Below are positions 10,302 to 19,604 of a stretch of 32,000 nucleotides of DNA, one piece after another. Under the pieces are notes generated by a model. That model was not told where the DNA came from. It saw nothing but the letters and a program-made list of their open reading frames with translations, and ran no database searches. The stretch lies in assembly GCF_000090965.1 (NCBI RefSeq), contig NC_008513.1, positions 300,001-332,000 on the forward strand, written 5' to 3'. Within the stretch, counting starts at the first letter, position 1; each line of letters begins with the position of its first letter. The translations under genes were made by a program, and so were the position numbers. This stretch comes from Candidatus Saccharimonadota bacterium (GTDB lineage Bacteria > Pseudomonadota > Gammaproteobacteria > Enterobacterales > Enterobacteriaceae).

Positions 10302-11294
10302 ATGTTTACTGATCCAATTAATTTAAAAAAAAAAATAAAAAAAAGAAATATATTTACATTTATTATTTTAGAATCAAAATATTTTTTAATTAAAATAAAT
10401 AAAAAAATTATTTTAAAATATTTTAGAAAAAAAAAATATAAAAAAAAAGAACTAATTATAAATAATGAAGATGATTGGAAAAATATTATTAATATGTTTA
10501 AAAAACAAGATTTATTTGCTAAAAAAAAAATATTTTTTATTACAATAAATAGTTTATTTATATCTATAAATACTAAATTATATATGAATCAAATAAGAAA
10601 TTATTCGAATAAAAAAATCATAAATATCCTTTTTTTTCCAAAATTAATTTATTCAAATTTTAATCTTGTCTTTTTCAAAAATTATATTGAAAATTCTGGA
10701 ATTATTATAAACAATTCTAATACATATATTAAAAATATACATTTTTATATAAATCAGAAAATAAAAAAAAAAATTCTTATTAAAGAAAATGCAAAAAAAA
10801 TTTTATTAAAAAAAAAATATAGAAATATTTCTTTTTTTATAAATTTTTTAAAAAATATTTTTTTATTATATCCAAAAACTGTTATAACAAAAAAAATGAT
10901 CTTGAATTTTTATAAATCTACTAAAACTTTTAATTATATTGATTGGTTAATATCCATTTTAAAATATAAAAAAAAAAGATCAATTAAAATTCTTAATATA
11001 TTAGAAAAACAAAAATATGATTATTTAATTTTAATAAAATCATATAAAATATTATTATATTTTATAATATACAAACAAGAAAAGAAAAATTTTAATAATA
11101 TATTTATAAATTCAAAAAAACATATTAATCAAATAAAAAAAATATATTTATCTTTTTTAATAAAAATAAAAAATATAAAAACAATACAATTAGCATTAAA
11201 ATTATTAAAAAAAATTGAATTATGTATTTTAAATAATGAAAAAAAAAAAATAATTTGGATGCATTTAAAAACTTTATCAATTATTTTTAATTAA
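10302..11294 (+). CDS. holA: DNA polymerase III subunit delta
   Basis: 330 aa, very divergent and Lys/Ile-rich. Two blocks align to E. coli HolA: EDDWKNIINMFKKQDLFAKKKIFFI against TDWNAIFSLCQAMSLFASRQTLLLL, and FNYIDWLISILKYKKKRSIKILNILEKQ against FTPFHWVDALLMGKSKRALHILQQLRLE. It lies downstream of leuS as in E. coli. Confidence 0.7.
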   Translation: MFTDPINLKKKIKKRNIFTFIILESKYFLIKINKKIILKYFRKKKYKKKELIINNEDDWKNIINMFKKQDLFAKKKIFFITINSLFISINTKLYMNQIRNYSNKKIINILFFPKLIYSNFNLVFFKNYIENSGIIINNSNTYIKNIHFYINQKIKKKILIKENAKKILLKKKYRNISFFINFLKNIFLLYPKTVITKKMILNFYKSTKTFNYIDWLISILKYKKKRSIKILNILEKQKYDYLILIKSYKILLYFIIYKQEKKNFNNIFINSKKHINQIKKIYLSFLIKIKNIKTIQLALKLLKKIELCILNNEKKKIIWMHLKTLSIIFN

Positions 11295-11349
11295 ATATTT
11301 AATAATATTATTATAATATTTAATTAAAAAAGATTAATTACATAAAAAA

Positions 11350-11586
11350 ATGATAATTAAATTAAATTTATTAGGATTACGTTGTCCAGAATTAATTATA
11401 AAATTACGACAAAAAGTAAGAAAATTAAAAACTGGACAAAAAATTTTAGTTAAAGCAAATGATGAATTTAGTAAAAAAGACATAAAATTATTTTGTAGAT
11501 TTATGAAACATAAATTAATATCAATTACTATAAAAAAAAAATTTTTTTTATACTATATAAAAATTGGAAAAAAGAAAAAATATTAA
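11350..11586 (+). CDS. tusA: Sulfurtransferase TusA (SirA/YhhP)
   Basis: 78 aa. The N-terminal LNLLGLRCPELIIKLRQKVRKL matches the TusA active-site block [20 protein letters not shown], with the catalytic Cys retained. Confidence 0.8.
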   Translation: MIIKLNLLGLRCPELIIKLRQKVRKLKTGQKILVKANDEFSKKDIKLFCRFMKHKLISITIKKKFFLYYIKIGKKKKY

Positions 11587-11591
11587 GAAAT

Positions 11592-12710
11592 TTATTGAGA
11601 TATCAAAATATTTAAAATACGACGTAATGGTTCAGCTGCACCCCATAATAATTGATCACCAACAGAAAAAGCAGATAAATATTTTTTTCCAAAATTTAAT
11701 TTTTTAATACGACCAATAGGAATGTTTAATGTATTTGTAACTTGTAAAGGATTTAATTTACTTATTGTATGATCTATATTATTTTTAATTATTTTTACCC
11801 ATGAATTATGAGAAGATAGTAAGTATTTAATTTCTTTTATAGAAATATCTTTTTTTAATTTTATTGTAAATACTTGACTATGACAACGTAACGTAGGAAC
11901 TCTTACACAAATTCCATCAATAGGTATATTATACTTGTAATTTAAAATTTTATTTGTTTCAACAAAACCTTTCCACTCTTCTTTTGTTTGTCCATTTTCC
12001 ATTAAACTATCAATCCAGGGAAATACATTTCCTAATAAAGGAACTTTCATAAAATTTTTAGGACAATTTTTACTATTTAATAAAAAAGTAATTTTTTTTT
12101 CTATTTTAAGAATAGAACTTGTAGAAGTAGAAAGATAAGAAGAAATATTTTTATACACATAACCAATTTGATTTAGTAATTCTAACATGCTTTTAGAACC
12201 ACTACCAGAAATAGATTGATATGTTGCTACAGAAATCCATTCAATAAGATTATTTGTAAATAATCCACCTAAAGCAAGTAACATTAAACTAACGGTACAA
12301 TTACCTCCTACAAAAGTTTTTATTCCTTTATTTATTCCTAATTTTATTGCATTATAATTTATAGGATCTAAGACAATAATTGCATCTTCTTTCATTCTTA
12401 AAAAAGAAGATGCATCAATCCAATATCCTTTCCAGTGCATATTTTTTAATTTAGTATAAACTTTTTTTGTATATTCTTGCCCTTGACATGAAACTATAAT
12501 GTCTAAAGACATTAAATATTTAATATTATATGCATCTTTTAAATTATTTGAAATACAATTTTTAATATCAGGAGAATTAAAATTTAATTGAGATGTAGTT
12601 AAAAATACAGAATTAAAATTCTTAAAATCATTATTTTTACGTAAACGATTTAATAAAACTGATCCCACCATACCTCTCCACCCTACAAAACCTACTAATT
12701 TTTTCATCAT
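11592..12710 (-). CDS. asd: Aspartate-semialdehyde dehydrogenase
   Basis: 372 aa. Motifs include GFVGWRGMVGSVL (NADP-binding), GGNCTVSLML (active-site Cys) and VRVPTLRCHSQ. It converges on tusA with only 5 nt between the stops. Confidence 0.92.
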   Translation of the reverse strand: MMKKLVGFVGWRGMVGSVLLNRLRKNNDFKNFNSVFLTTSQLNFNSPDIKNCISNNLKDAYNIKYLMSLDIIVSCQGQEYTKKVYTKLKNMHWKGYWIDASSFLRMKEDAIIVLDPINYNAIKLGINKGIKTFVGGNCTVSLMLLALGGLFTNNLIEWISVATYQSISGSGSKSMLELLNQIGYVYKNISSYLSTSTSSILKIEKKITFLLNSKNCPKNFMKVPLLGNVFPWIDSLMENGQTKEEWKGFVETNKILNYKYNIPIDGICVRVPTLRCHSQVFTIKLKKDISIKEIKYLLSSHNSWVKIIKNNIDHTISKLNPLQVTNTLNIPIGRIKKLNFGKKYLSAFSVGDQLLWGAAEPLRRILNILISQ

Positions 12711-12980
12711 TATTTTCTCTATCTAAAGCACTTATTTCATTAAAAAATAATATTTTATAAGTTTTTTTAATATTTATATTATATATAATAATAATTTAAT
12801 TTTTATTAAAAATAAATAATTTTTTAATTAATAAAGATTTTTATTTTTTAAATACTTTAATTATTGTATGAAATTTAAAATTTAAATATTTATTTATTAA
12901 ATAACATTAACTTTTTAAATAAAAAGTTAGTATAATAAAAATAAATTAACTATTATATAATTCATAAAAGGAAAAATATA

Positions 12981-14132
12981 ATGTACATGAAAAATATTAA
13001 TTTAAAAAATAAAAGAGTATTTATTCGATTAGATTTAAATGTTCCTATATATAAAAAAAAAATTATTTCTACTGAACGCATAGATCGATCTATTCCGACT
13101 ATATTATTAGCATTAAAAAAGAATGCTAAAATAATCTTAGCTTCTCATTTAGGAAGACCTAAAGAAGGAATATATAATAAAAATTTTTCTTTATTTCCAG
13201 TATTTGAATATTTAAAAAAAAAACTTCCTAAAATAAACATTAATTTTTCTAAAGATTATTTAAATGGCATTAATATGAAAAATAATCATATTACAGTTTT
13301 AGAAAATGTAAGATTTAATCGAGGTGAAACTAAAAACGACATAAATTTATCAAAAAAATATGCTAATTTATGTGATATTTTTGTTATGGACGCTTTTGCT
13401 ACCGCGCATAGAATAGAATCTTCAACATATGGAATATGTAATTTTGTAAAAAAATCATGTATTGGACCATTATTATATTCAGAAGTAAAAATTCTTAAAA
13501 AAATATTATATAATCCATTGAGACCAATGGTTACTATAGTTGGAGGAGCAAAAGTATCAACAAAATTTAGTTTATTAAAATCATTATTAAAAATTACAGA
13601 TTATTTATTAGTAGGTGGAGGTATTGCAAATACATTTATTTCTACTTTTTACCCCGTAGGAAAATCTTTATATGAAAAAAATTTTCAAAAAAAAGCTATA
13701 AACCTATATAAAACAAAAAAAGTCTTTATACCTATTGATTCTCGTGTAAGTTCTAAATATTCTATAAAATCAGAAGCAATAATAAGACCAACTTCAAAAA
13801 TATTACCAAATCAACAAATACTTGATATTGGAGATAAAACAATAAAAAAATTTCAAGAAATAATAAAAAAATCAAAAACAATTTTATGGAATGGTCCAAT
13901 GGGAGTTTTTGAATTTCCAAATTTTAGAATAGGTACTGAAAAAATTTCAAAAACTATTGCAAATAGTAATTGTTTTTCTGTAGCCGGGGGGGGAGATACA
14001 ATCGCGGTTATTGATTTATTTAATTTAAAAAAAAAAATATCTTATATTTCAACGGGTGGTGGATCATTTTTAAAATTTATAGAAGAAAAAACATTACCTA
14101 TCATTGAAAAAATAAAAAAACTAAATCAATAG
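12981..14132 (+). CDS. pgk: Phosphoglycerate kinase
   Basis: 383 aa. Motifs include KRVFIRLDLNVP, SHLGRPKEG, NVRFNRGE, and GGGDT/STGGGSFL at the C-terminus. An SD-like AAGGA lies about 8 nt upstream. A second in-frame ATG occurs at 12987. Confidence 0.95.
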   Translation: MYMKNINLKNKRVFIRLDLNVPIYKKKIISTERIDRSIPTILLALKKNAKIILASHLGRPKEGIYNKNFSLFPVFEYLKKKLPKININFSKDYLNGINMKNNHITVLENVRFNRGETKNDINLSKKYANLCDIFVMDAFATAHRIESSTYGICNFVKKSCIGPLLYSEVKILKKILYNPLRPMVTIVGGAKVSTKFSLLKSLLKITDYLLVGGGIANTFISTFYPVGKSLYEKNFQKKAINLYKTKKVFIPIDSRVSSKYSIKSEAIIRPTSKILPNQQILDIGDKTIKKFQEIIKKSKTILWNGPMGVFEFPNFRIGTEKISKTIANSNCFSVAGGGDTIAVIDLFNLKKKISYISTGGGSFLKFIEEKTLPIIEKIKKLNQ

Positions 14133-14189
14133 CTATTAAATTTAAAAATTCGATAATATTTTTATATTGATAGAGGAAGAAAATAAATA

Positions 14190-15266
14190 ATGTGTAAAAT
14201 TTTAGATATAATAAAACCAGGTGTATTAAATTCTGAAGAAATGAAAATAGTTTTTTTATTAGCTAAAAAAAAAAAATTTGCTATACCAGCAATTAATTGT
14301 ATTAACACTGATTCAATAAATATTGTATTAGAAACAGCAGCAAAAATGAGATCTCCAGTAATTATTCAATTTTCATATAGTGGTTCTCAATTTTTTAGTG
14401 GTTTAGGGTTAAATCTTGAAGAAAAAAAAAAATCAGTTATTGGTGCTATATCTGGAGCTAAATATGTACATATGATTTCAAAGTATTATAAAATTCCTGT
14501 TATATTACATACAGATCATTGTGATTTTAATCATCTTTATTGGATTAATGATTTATTATCTTATGGTAAAAAATTTTTTAAAAAAAAAAAACGTCCGTTA
14601 TTTTCATCACATATGATTGATTTATCTAAAGAAACAATAAAAAAAAATATTATTTTATCTTCTAAATATTTAAAAAAAATAACAGAATTAAACATGATGT
14701 TAGAAATAGAATTAGGTTGTACCGGTGGAGAAGAAGATGGTATTGATAACACAAATATAAATAAAAAACTTCTATATACAGATACTAAAGATATTTATTA
14801 TGCATTTAAAAAATTAATTAATATTAGTAATAATTTTATTATTGCAGCAGCATTTGGAAATATACACGGAGTATATCAACCAGGTAAAATTTCTTTAAAA
14901 CTTTCTATACTAAAAAAAGCTCAAAAATATATTGAGAATATAACAAAATTACCTAATAATCAAATAAATTTTGTTTTTCATGGAGGATCTGGAACAAGTA
15001 TAATTGACATACAAAAATCAATTGATTATGGAGTAATAAAATTTAATATTGACACAAATATGCAATGGAATTATTGGAAAGGTGTATTAAATTTTTATAA
15101 AAACAATAAAAAATTTTTAAATACTCAATTAGGAAATCCATTAGGAAAAAATCAACCAAATAAAAAATATTACGATCCTAGAGTATGGATCAGATATGCG
15201 CAAAAACAATCTATAAAATATTTAAAAAAAATTTTTATACAATTAAATTCGAAAAATACTTTATAA
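14190..15266 (+). CDS. fbaA: Fructose-bisphosphate aldolase, class II
   Basis: 358 aa. Motifs include PAINCINTDSIN, ILHTDHC, LEIELGCTGGEEDG, AAAFGNIHGVY and FVFHGGSG. An SD GAGGAAG lies upstream. The pgk-fbaA-mscS order matches E. coli. Confidence 0.95.
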   Translation: MCKILDIIKPGVLNSEEMKIVFLLAKKKKFAIPAINCINTDSINIVLETAAKMRSPVIIQFSYSGSQFFSGLGLNLEEKKKSVIGAISGAKYVHMISKYYKIPVILHTDHCDFNHLYWINDLLSYGKKFFKKKKRPLFSSHMIDLSKETIKKNIILSSKYLKKITELNMMLEIELGCTGGEEDGIDNTNINKKLLYTDTKDIYYAFKKLINISNNFIIAAAFGNIHGVYQPGKISLKLSILKKAQKYIENITKLPNNQINFVFHGGSGTSIIDIQKSIDYGVIKFNIDTNMQWNYWKGVLNFYKNNKKFLNTQLGNPLGKNQPNKKYYDPRVWIRYAQKQSIKYLKKIFIQLNSKNTL

Positions 15267-15404
15267 ATATTTTAAAATTTTTTTTTACTAGAAAAAAAAA
15301 AATAATGTATTATATTTTATTTGTATAATCAAAAAAACAAAAAAAAATTAAATATATATTTCTTTAAATTTGTTTTTTTATAAATAAATAAAAATTTAAT
15401 TTAA

Positions 15405-15443
15405 TTAATAAATATTTTTATAATTTATAAAAATATTTATTAA
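15405..15443. repeat. Perfect 39-nt palindrome (19-bp arms, 1-nt centre) 20 nt upstream of the mscS start
   Basis: ttaataaatatttttataa-t-ttataaaaatatttattaa was checked base by base. Every position from 15405 to 15423 is complementary to its mirror from 15443 to 15425. It is made entirely of A and T. Confidence 0.6.
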
Positions 15444-15462
15444 AATTAAAAATTAAAAAAAA

Positions 15463-16371
15463 ATGCAAAAAAAAATTTTTATTATAAAAAAAATAATTGA
15501 TCAATTAAATATTAATAATTATATTAATAATGTTAATTTTTGTTTTTTAATAAACAAAAGTTCTTTTTATTCTTATTTAATTAATCTATCTTGTTCTTTC
15601 ATCGTAATAATTACTGGTTTTTGTATAAGTCAAATTTTTGCTAAAGGAACTCAAAAATTATTATCTATACGTCATATTGACAATACAGTTTCTGGATTTT
15701 TAGCTACTTTAGCTCGCTACATAATACTTGCATGTACATGTGTTATTGCATTAGGACAAATAGGTGTGCAAACAAGTTCAATTATTGCAATTGTAGGAGC
15801 TGCTGGAATGGCAATAGGATTAGCTTTACAAGCATCATTATCAAATTTTGCAGCAGGAGTATTATTAGTATTATTAAGACCATTAAGAACTAATGAATAT
15901 GTAAATTTAGGAAATGCAGAAGGAACTGTTATAAATGTTCATATATTTTATACTACTCTAAAAACTTTAGATGGAAAAATAATAATTATTCCTAATGGAA
16001 AAATAGTTTCTGGAAATATTATTAATTATTCTAGAGAACCTATGAGAAGAAATCAATTTGTTATTAATGTTGCATATGATTCTGATGTAGATTTAGTAAT
16101 TTCAGTATTACAATCAGTTATTGATCAAGAAGAACGTGTATTAAAACATCCAGGAAATTTTGTTGGATTAAATGAATTTTCTCCTTCATCATTAAAATTT
16201 GTTGTAAAATGTTGGTGTCATACAAAAGAATTAAATTCAGTATATTCTGATTTAATGTTAAAATTTAAAAAAGCATTAGATAAACATAATATAACTATAC
16301 CATATCCTAAAATGGATGTTTATTTATATAAAAAAATACATAAAATATTAAAAATAAATAAAAAAAAATAA
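15463..16371 (+). CDS. mscS: Small-conductance mechanosensitive channel MscS (YggB)
   Basis: 302 aa. It has TM helices followed by the pore-helix block AIVGAAGMAIGLALQASLSNFAAGVLLVLLRP, and the beta-domain block VHIFYTTLKTLDGKIIIIPNGKIVSGNIINYS. Confidence 0.9.
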   Translation: MQKKIFIIKKIIDQLNINNYINNVNFCFLINKSSFYSYLINLSCSFIVIITGFCISQIFAKGTQKLLSIRHIDNTVSGFLATLARYIILACTCVIALGQIGVQTSSIIAIVGAAGMAIGLALQASLSNFAAGVLLVLLRPLRTNEYVNLGNAEGTVINVHIFYTTLKTLDGKIIIIPNGKIVSGNIINYSREPMRRNQFVINVAYDSDVDLVISVLQSVIDQEERVLKHPGNFVGLNEFSPSSLKFVVKCWCHTKELNSVYSDLMLKFKKALDKHNITIPYPKMDVYLYKKIHKILKINKKK

Positions 16372-16399
16372 AAAAGAAAGAAAAAATTAATACTTACTT

Positions 16400-16440
16400 A
16401 ATCTATAATATAGAATTTTCTAATTTTTATATTATAGATT
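16400..16440. terminator. 13-bp perfect hairpin between mscS and recC (candidate mscS terminator)
   Basis: aatctataatata (16400-16412) is the reverse complement of tatattatagatt (16428-16440). The loop is 15 nt, and TTT follows. It lies 29 nt after the mscS stop and 21 nt before the recC ATG. Confidence 0.4.
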
Positions 16441-16460
16441 TTTAATATAAAAACATACAT

Positions 16461-19400
16461 ATGTTAAAAATATATCAATCAAACAAAATAAATTTTCTTT
16501 TAAAAAAAATTTGTAAAAAAATTTATATTAAAAAAAAAAAAAAAATTCTTATAAATGAAATATTTTTAATTGAAAATAAATACGTTCAAAAATGGTTAGA
16601 ACTATATATAGCAAATAAAAAAAAAATTAATTTTAATATTAAATTTATTTTACTTTTTAGATTTTTAAATAATTTTTTTAAAAAAAACAATATAAAAAAA
16701 AATAAAAAATTAATAATTTTTGAAAAAAAATACTTACAATGGATTATTATTTTAATAATTTATAATACATATGATTGTTCATTTCTTAAAAAATATGGAA
16801 TACAATATAAAAATTTCGAATTTTGCTCACATATAGCAAATATATTTATTCAATATATTTATTTTCAACCTCATTTAATATATGAATGGGAAAATAACAA
16901 AAAATCTAAAAAAAAAGAAAAAAAAACATATCAATGGCAAAAAAAACTATGGAACTTAATAATAAAAAAAATTAAAATGTTAAAATGTAATAATTTTACA
17001 GAAATTATTAGTAATTTTATAAAAAAAATAGAAAAAAAAAAAAAATTAAAAAAAATACCTAAAAAAATATTTATATTATCTAATCAAAATATAAATATTT
17101 TAATGTATTTTATTTTATTTTCTATAAAACATATTACTAAAATATATTTATTTGAATTTAATCCATTAGATAGAAAAAAAAATAAAACAAAAAAAATAAT
17201 TAATTATTTTCAAAAAAAATTCCAATATATAAAAAATCCTATAAAAGAAAACATTAAAATAAAAAAAAAATATTTTTTTTATAAAAATAATAAAAAAAAA
17301 ATTTTATCTTATTTAAAAAATGATATTTTAAAAAAAAAAATATATAAAATTAATTCAAAAAAAAAGATAAATATTAATGATAATTCTATATCTATTAATC
17401 AATGTAAATCATACATACATGAAGTACAAATAGTTAATAACTATATACATAAAACACTTGAAACAAACAAAAAAATAAAACTTGATGATATTTTAATAAC
17501 AGCAAGTAATATAGATATTTATATTCCATATATTCAAAAAATATTTAATTTTTCACAAAACAAAAATTTATTAATAAAAAAAACAGGAAAAGAAGAAGAA
17601 AAAAAAAAAGAAATTTTGTTAACAATTAAAGATTTATTGAATATTAAAAATAATTATTTTAAACCTTTTTGGATATTATCCCTTCTTAATATAAAAATAT
17701 TAAGAAAAAAATTTTCTATTAAAAATCGTGATATTAAAACTCTAGGAAAATTAATATCTCATTTAAATATTGCATTTGGTTTTAATAAAAAACATTATAA
17801 AGAATTTTCTATTCCTGATTTAAAAACATATTCATGGGAATATGCAATTAAAAGAATAACATCTGGATTTATTTTTAATAATAAAAACACTATTTACAAT
17901 AATATTTATACATACAATATATCTAATGATAAAAAAAATATTTTATTAGGTAATTTTATTAATTTTATTAAACAATTAAATAAGTTACGAAAAAAAATAT
18001 ATAAGAAAAAAAAAATAGAAAAATGGATAAATATAATTTCTATAATTATAAAAAATTTTTTTTATATAGAAAAAAAAGATAAAAAATTTTTTTTTCTATT
18101 AAAAAATATATGGAAAAAAAATATATTTTATGGAATTAAAATTAATTTTTTAAAAAAAATATCAATTGAATTTTTCATTAATGAATTTTTTAAAAATCAT
18201 TCTTTATTATATAAAAAAAATCAATTTTTATCAGGAAATATTAAATTAATAAATTTAAATAAAATAAATTTAATACCTTTTAAAGTAATTTGTATATTAG
18301 GATGTACACAAGAAAAAATATCTTTATTTAATAATCAAGATATATTAAATTTAATAGAAAAAAAAAATAAAAATAATGAAAATATTTTTTTAAAAACAAT
18401 TTTTTTAACAAAAAAATATTTATTTTTAAGTTATATAAAAAATAATTATATACAAAATAAATATTATCCTTCTAAATTTATATTAGATATTATTTTTTAT
18501 ATAAAAAACAATTTTTATTATTTTAAAAAAAAAGAAAAAAAAAAAATTCAAAAAAAAAATTTTTTAAATAAAATTTATAAAAAAAATAAAAATAATATAA
18601 TTAATTCTCTTTTTTCAAAAGAGAAAAAAAAAATCATTAAAACAAAAAAAAATCAAAAAAAATACAAAAAAATAAACATAACAATTCAAAAAAAAATAAA
18701 AATAAAAAAATTAATAAATTTTTGGAAGAATCCTATTGAATATTTTTTTAAAAATACTCTTAAAGTAAATATTAAAAATTATGAAGAAAATATGTTTATT
18801 GAAGATGAATATTTTTCTATAAAACCATTAAATAAATATAAAATTAATAGTTTAATATTAAAAAATATGTTATTAAATAAGAAAACAGACTATCATATTA
18901 AAGAATTTCAATTAAAAAATAAACTACCACAAGAAAAAATAGCAAAAATATTATGGTATGAAAAAATAAAAAAAATTAATATTTTGTCAAATCAAATAAA
19001 AAAGATAAGAAAATTTCCTAAAAACATTCATATTTATTATAAATTTAAAAAATATTATTTAAGTGGAAAAATTAAAGAAGTTAATAAATTAAATTTAATA
19101 CAATGGAATGTTAATAAAATAAAATTTAAAGATATAATAACTACTTGGATACAACACATAATTTATTGTGCTTTTGAAAAACCTAAAAAAAGTATTTTAT
19201 TAAGCACTAATAATAAAAAAATAGAATTCTTAAGTATAAAGAAAAAAATAGCAAAAAAATATTTAAAAAAATATATTCAAGGATTTATAGACGGACATAA
19301 AAAACCAATATTAATATTAAATTCAGGAATTCATTGGTTACATACAATTTTTTTAAAAAAAGAAAATGTCTTAAAAATAAATAAATATAATTTAAATCTT

Positions 19401-19589
19401 GCAAAAAAAAATTTCTTAAAAATATGGAATGGAAGCAATTTTTTCTTAGGAGAAAAAAAAAATATTTTTATAAAAAAAATAATACCTATATTAAACAAAA
19501 ATCTAATAAAAAAAATATGTAATTCTTGTAAATATTGGATATTACCAATATTTAAAAATACAAATATTAAAAAATATCATCTACAATAA
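16461..19589 (+). CDS. recC: Exodeoxyribonuclease V gamma subunit RecC
   Basis: A 1042-aa uninterrupted ORF directly upstream of recB-recD, of RecC-like length (E. coli 1122 aa). Sequence is highly divergent and Lys-rich. The call rests mainly on size, position and scattered similarity such as YVQKWLELYIA near the N-terminus. Confidence 0.8.
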   Translation: MLKIYQSNKINFLLKKICKKIYIKKKKKILINEIFLIENKYVQKWLELYIANKKKINFNIKFILLFRFLNNFFKKNNIKKNKKLIIFEKKYLQWIIILIIYNTYDCSFLKKYGIQYKNFEFCSHIANIFIQYIYFQPHLIYEWENNKKSKKKEKKTYQWQKKLWNLIIKKIKMLKCNNFTEIISNFIKKIEKKKKLKKIPKKIFILSNQNINILMYFILFSIKHITKIYLFEFNPLDRKKNKTKKIINYFQKKFQYIKNPIKENIKIKKKYFFYKNNKKKILSYLKNDILKKKIYKINSKKKININDNSISINQCKSYIHEVQIVNNYIHKTLETNKKIKLDDILITASNIDIYIPYIQKIFNFSQNKNLLIKKTGKEEEKKKEILLTIKDLLNIKNNYFKPFWILSLLNIKILRKKFSIKNRDIKTLGKLISHLNIAFGFNKKHYKEFSIPDLKTYSWEYAIKRITSGFIFNNKNTIYNNIYTYNISNDKKNILLGNFINFIKQLNKLRKKIYKKKKIEKWINIISIIIKNFFYIEKKDKKFFFLLKNIWKKNIFYGIKINFLKKISIEFFINEFFKNHSLLYKKNQFLSGNIKLINLNKINLIPFKVICILGCTQEKISLFNNQDILNLIEKKNKNNENIFLKTIFLTKKYLFLSYIKNNYIQNKYYPSKFILDIIFYIKNNFYYFKKKEKKKIQKKNFLNKIYKKNKNNIINSLFSKEKKKIIKTKKNQKKYKKINITIQKKIKIKKLINFWKNPIEYFFKNTLKVNIKNYEENMFIEDEYFSIKPLNKYKINSLILKNMLLNKKTDYHIKEFQLKNKLPQEKIAKILWYEKIKKINILSNQIKKIRKFPKNIHIYYKFKKYYLSGKIKEVNKLNLIQWNVNKIKFKDIITTWIQHIIYCAFEKPKKSILLSTNNKKIEFLSIKKKIAKKYLKKYIQGFIDGHKKPILILNSGIHWLHTIFLKKENVLKINKYNLNLAKKNFLKIWNGSNFFLGEKKNIFIKKIIPILNKNLIKKICNSCKYWILPIFKNTNIKKYHLQ

Positions 19590-19604
19590 ATTAATTAAAA
19601 AAAT

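Noticed and set aside
12907-12936. A sigma-70-like promoter lies upstream of pgk: TTAACT, 18 nt, TATAAT.
   Set aside because: It is plausible, but -10-like hexamers occur every few tens of bases at this composition. The match has no discriminating power without transcript 5'-end data.
15600-16200. G+C is noticeably higher in the mscS core, and similarly in cyoB (~28200-29500), than in neighbouring genes. This could hint at horizontal origin.
   Set aside because: Both genes are in ancestral syntenic positions. They encode Gly/Ala/Val-rich transmembrane segments under strong constraint, which is the usual cause of local G+C retention in reduced genomes.
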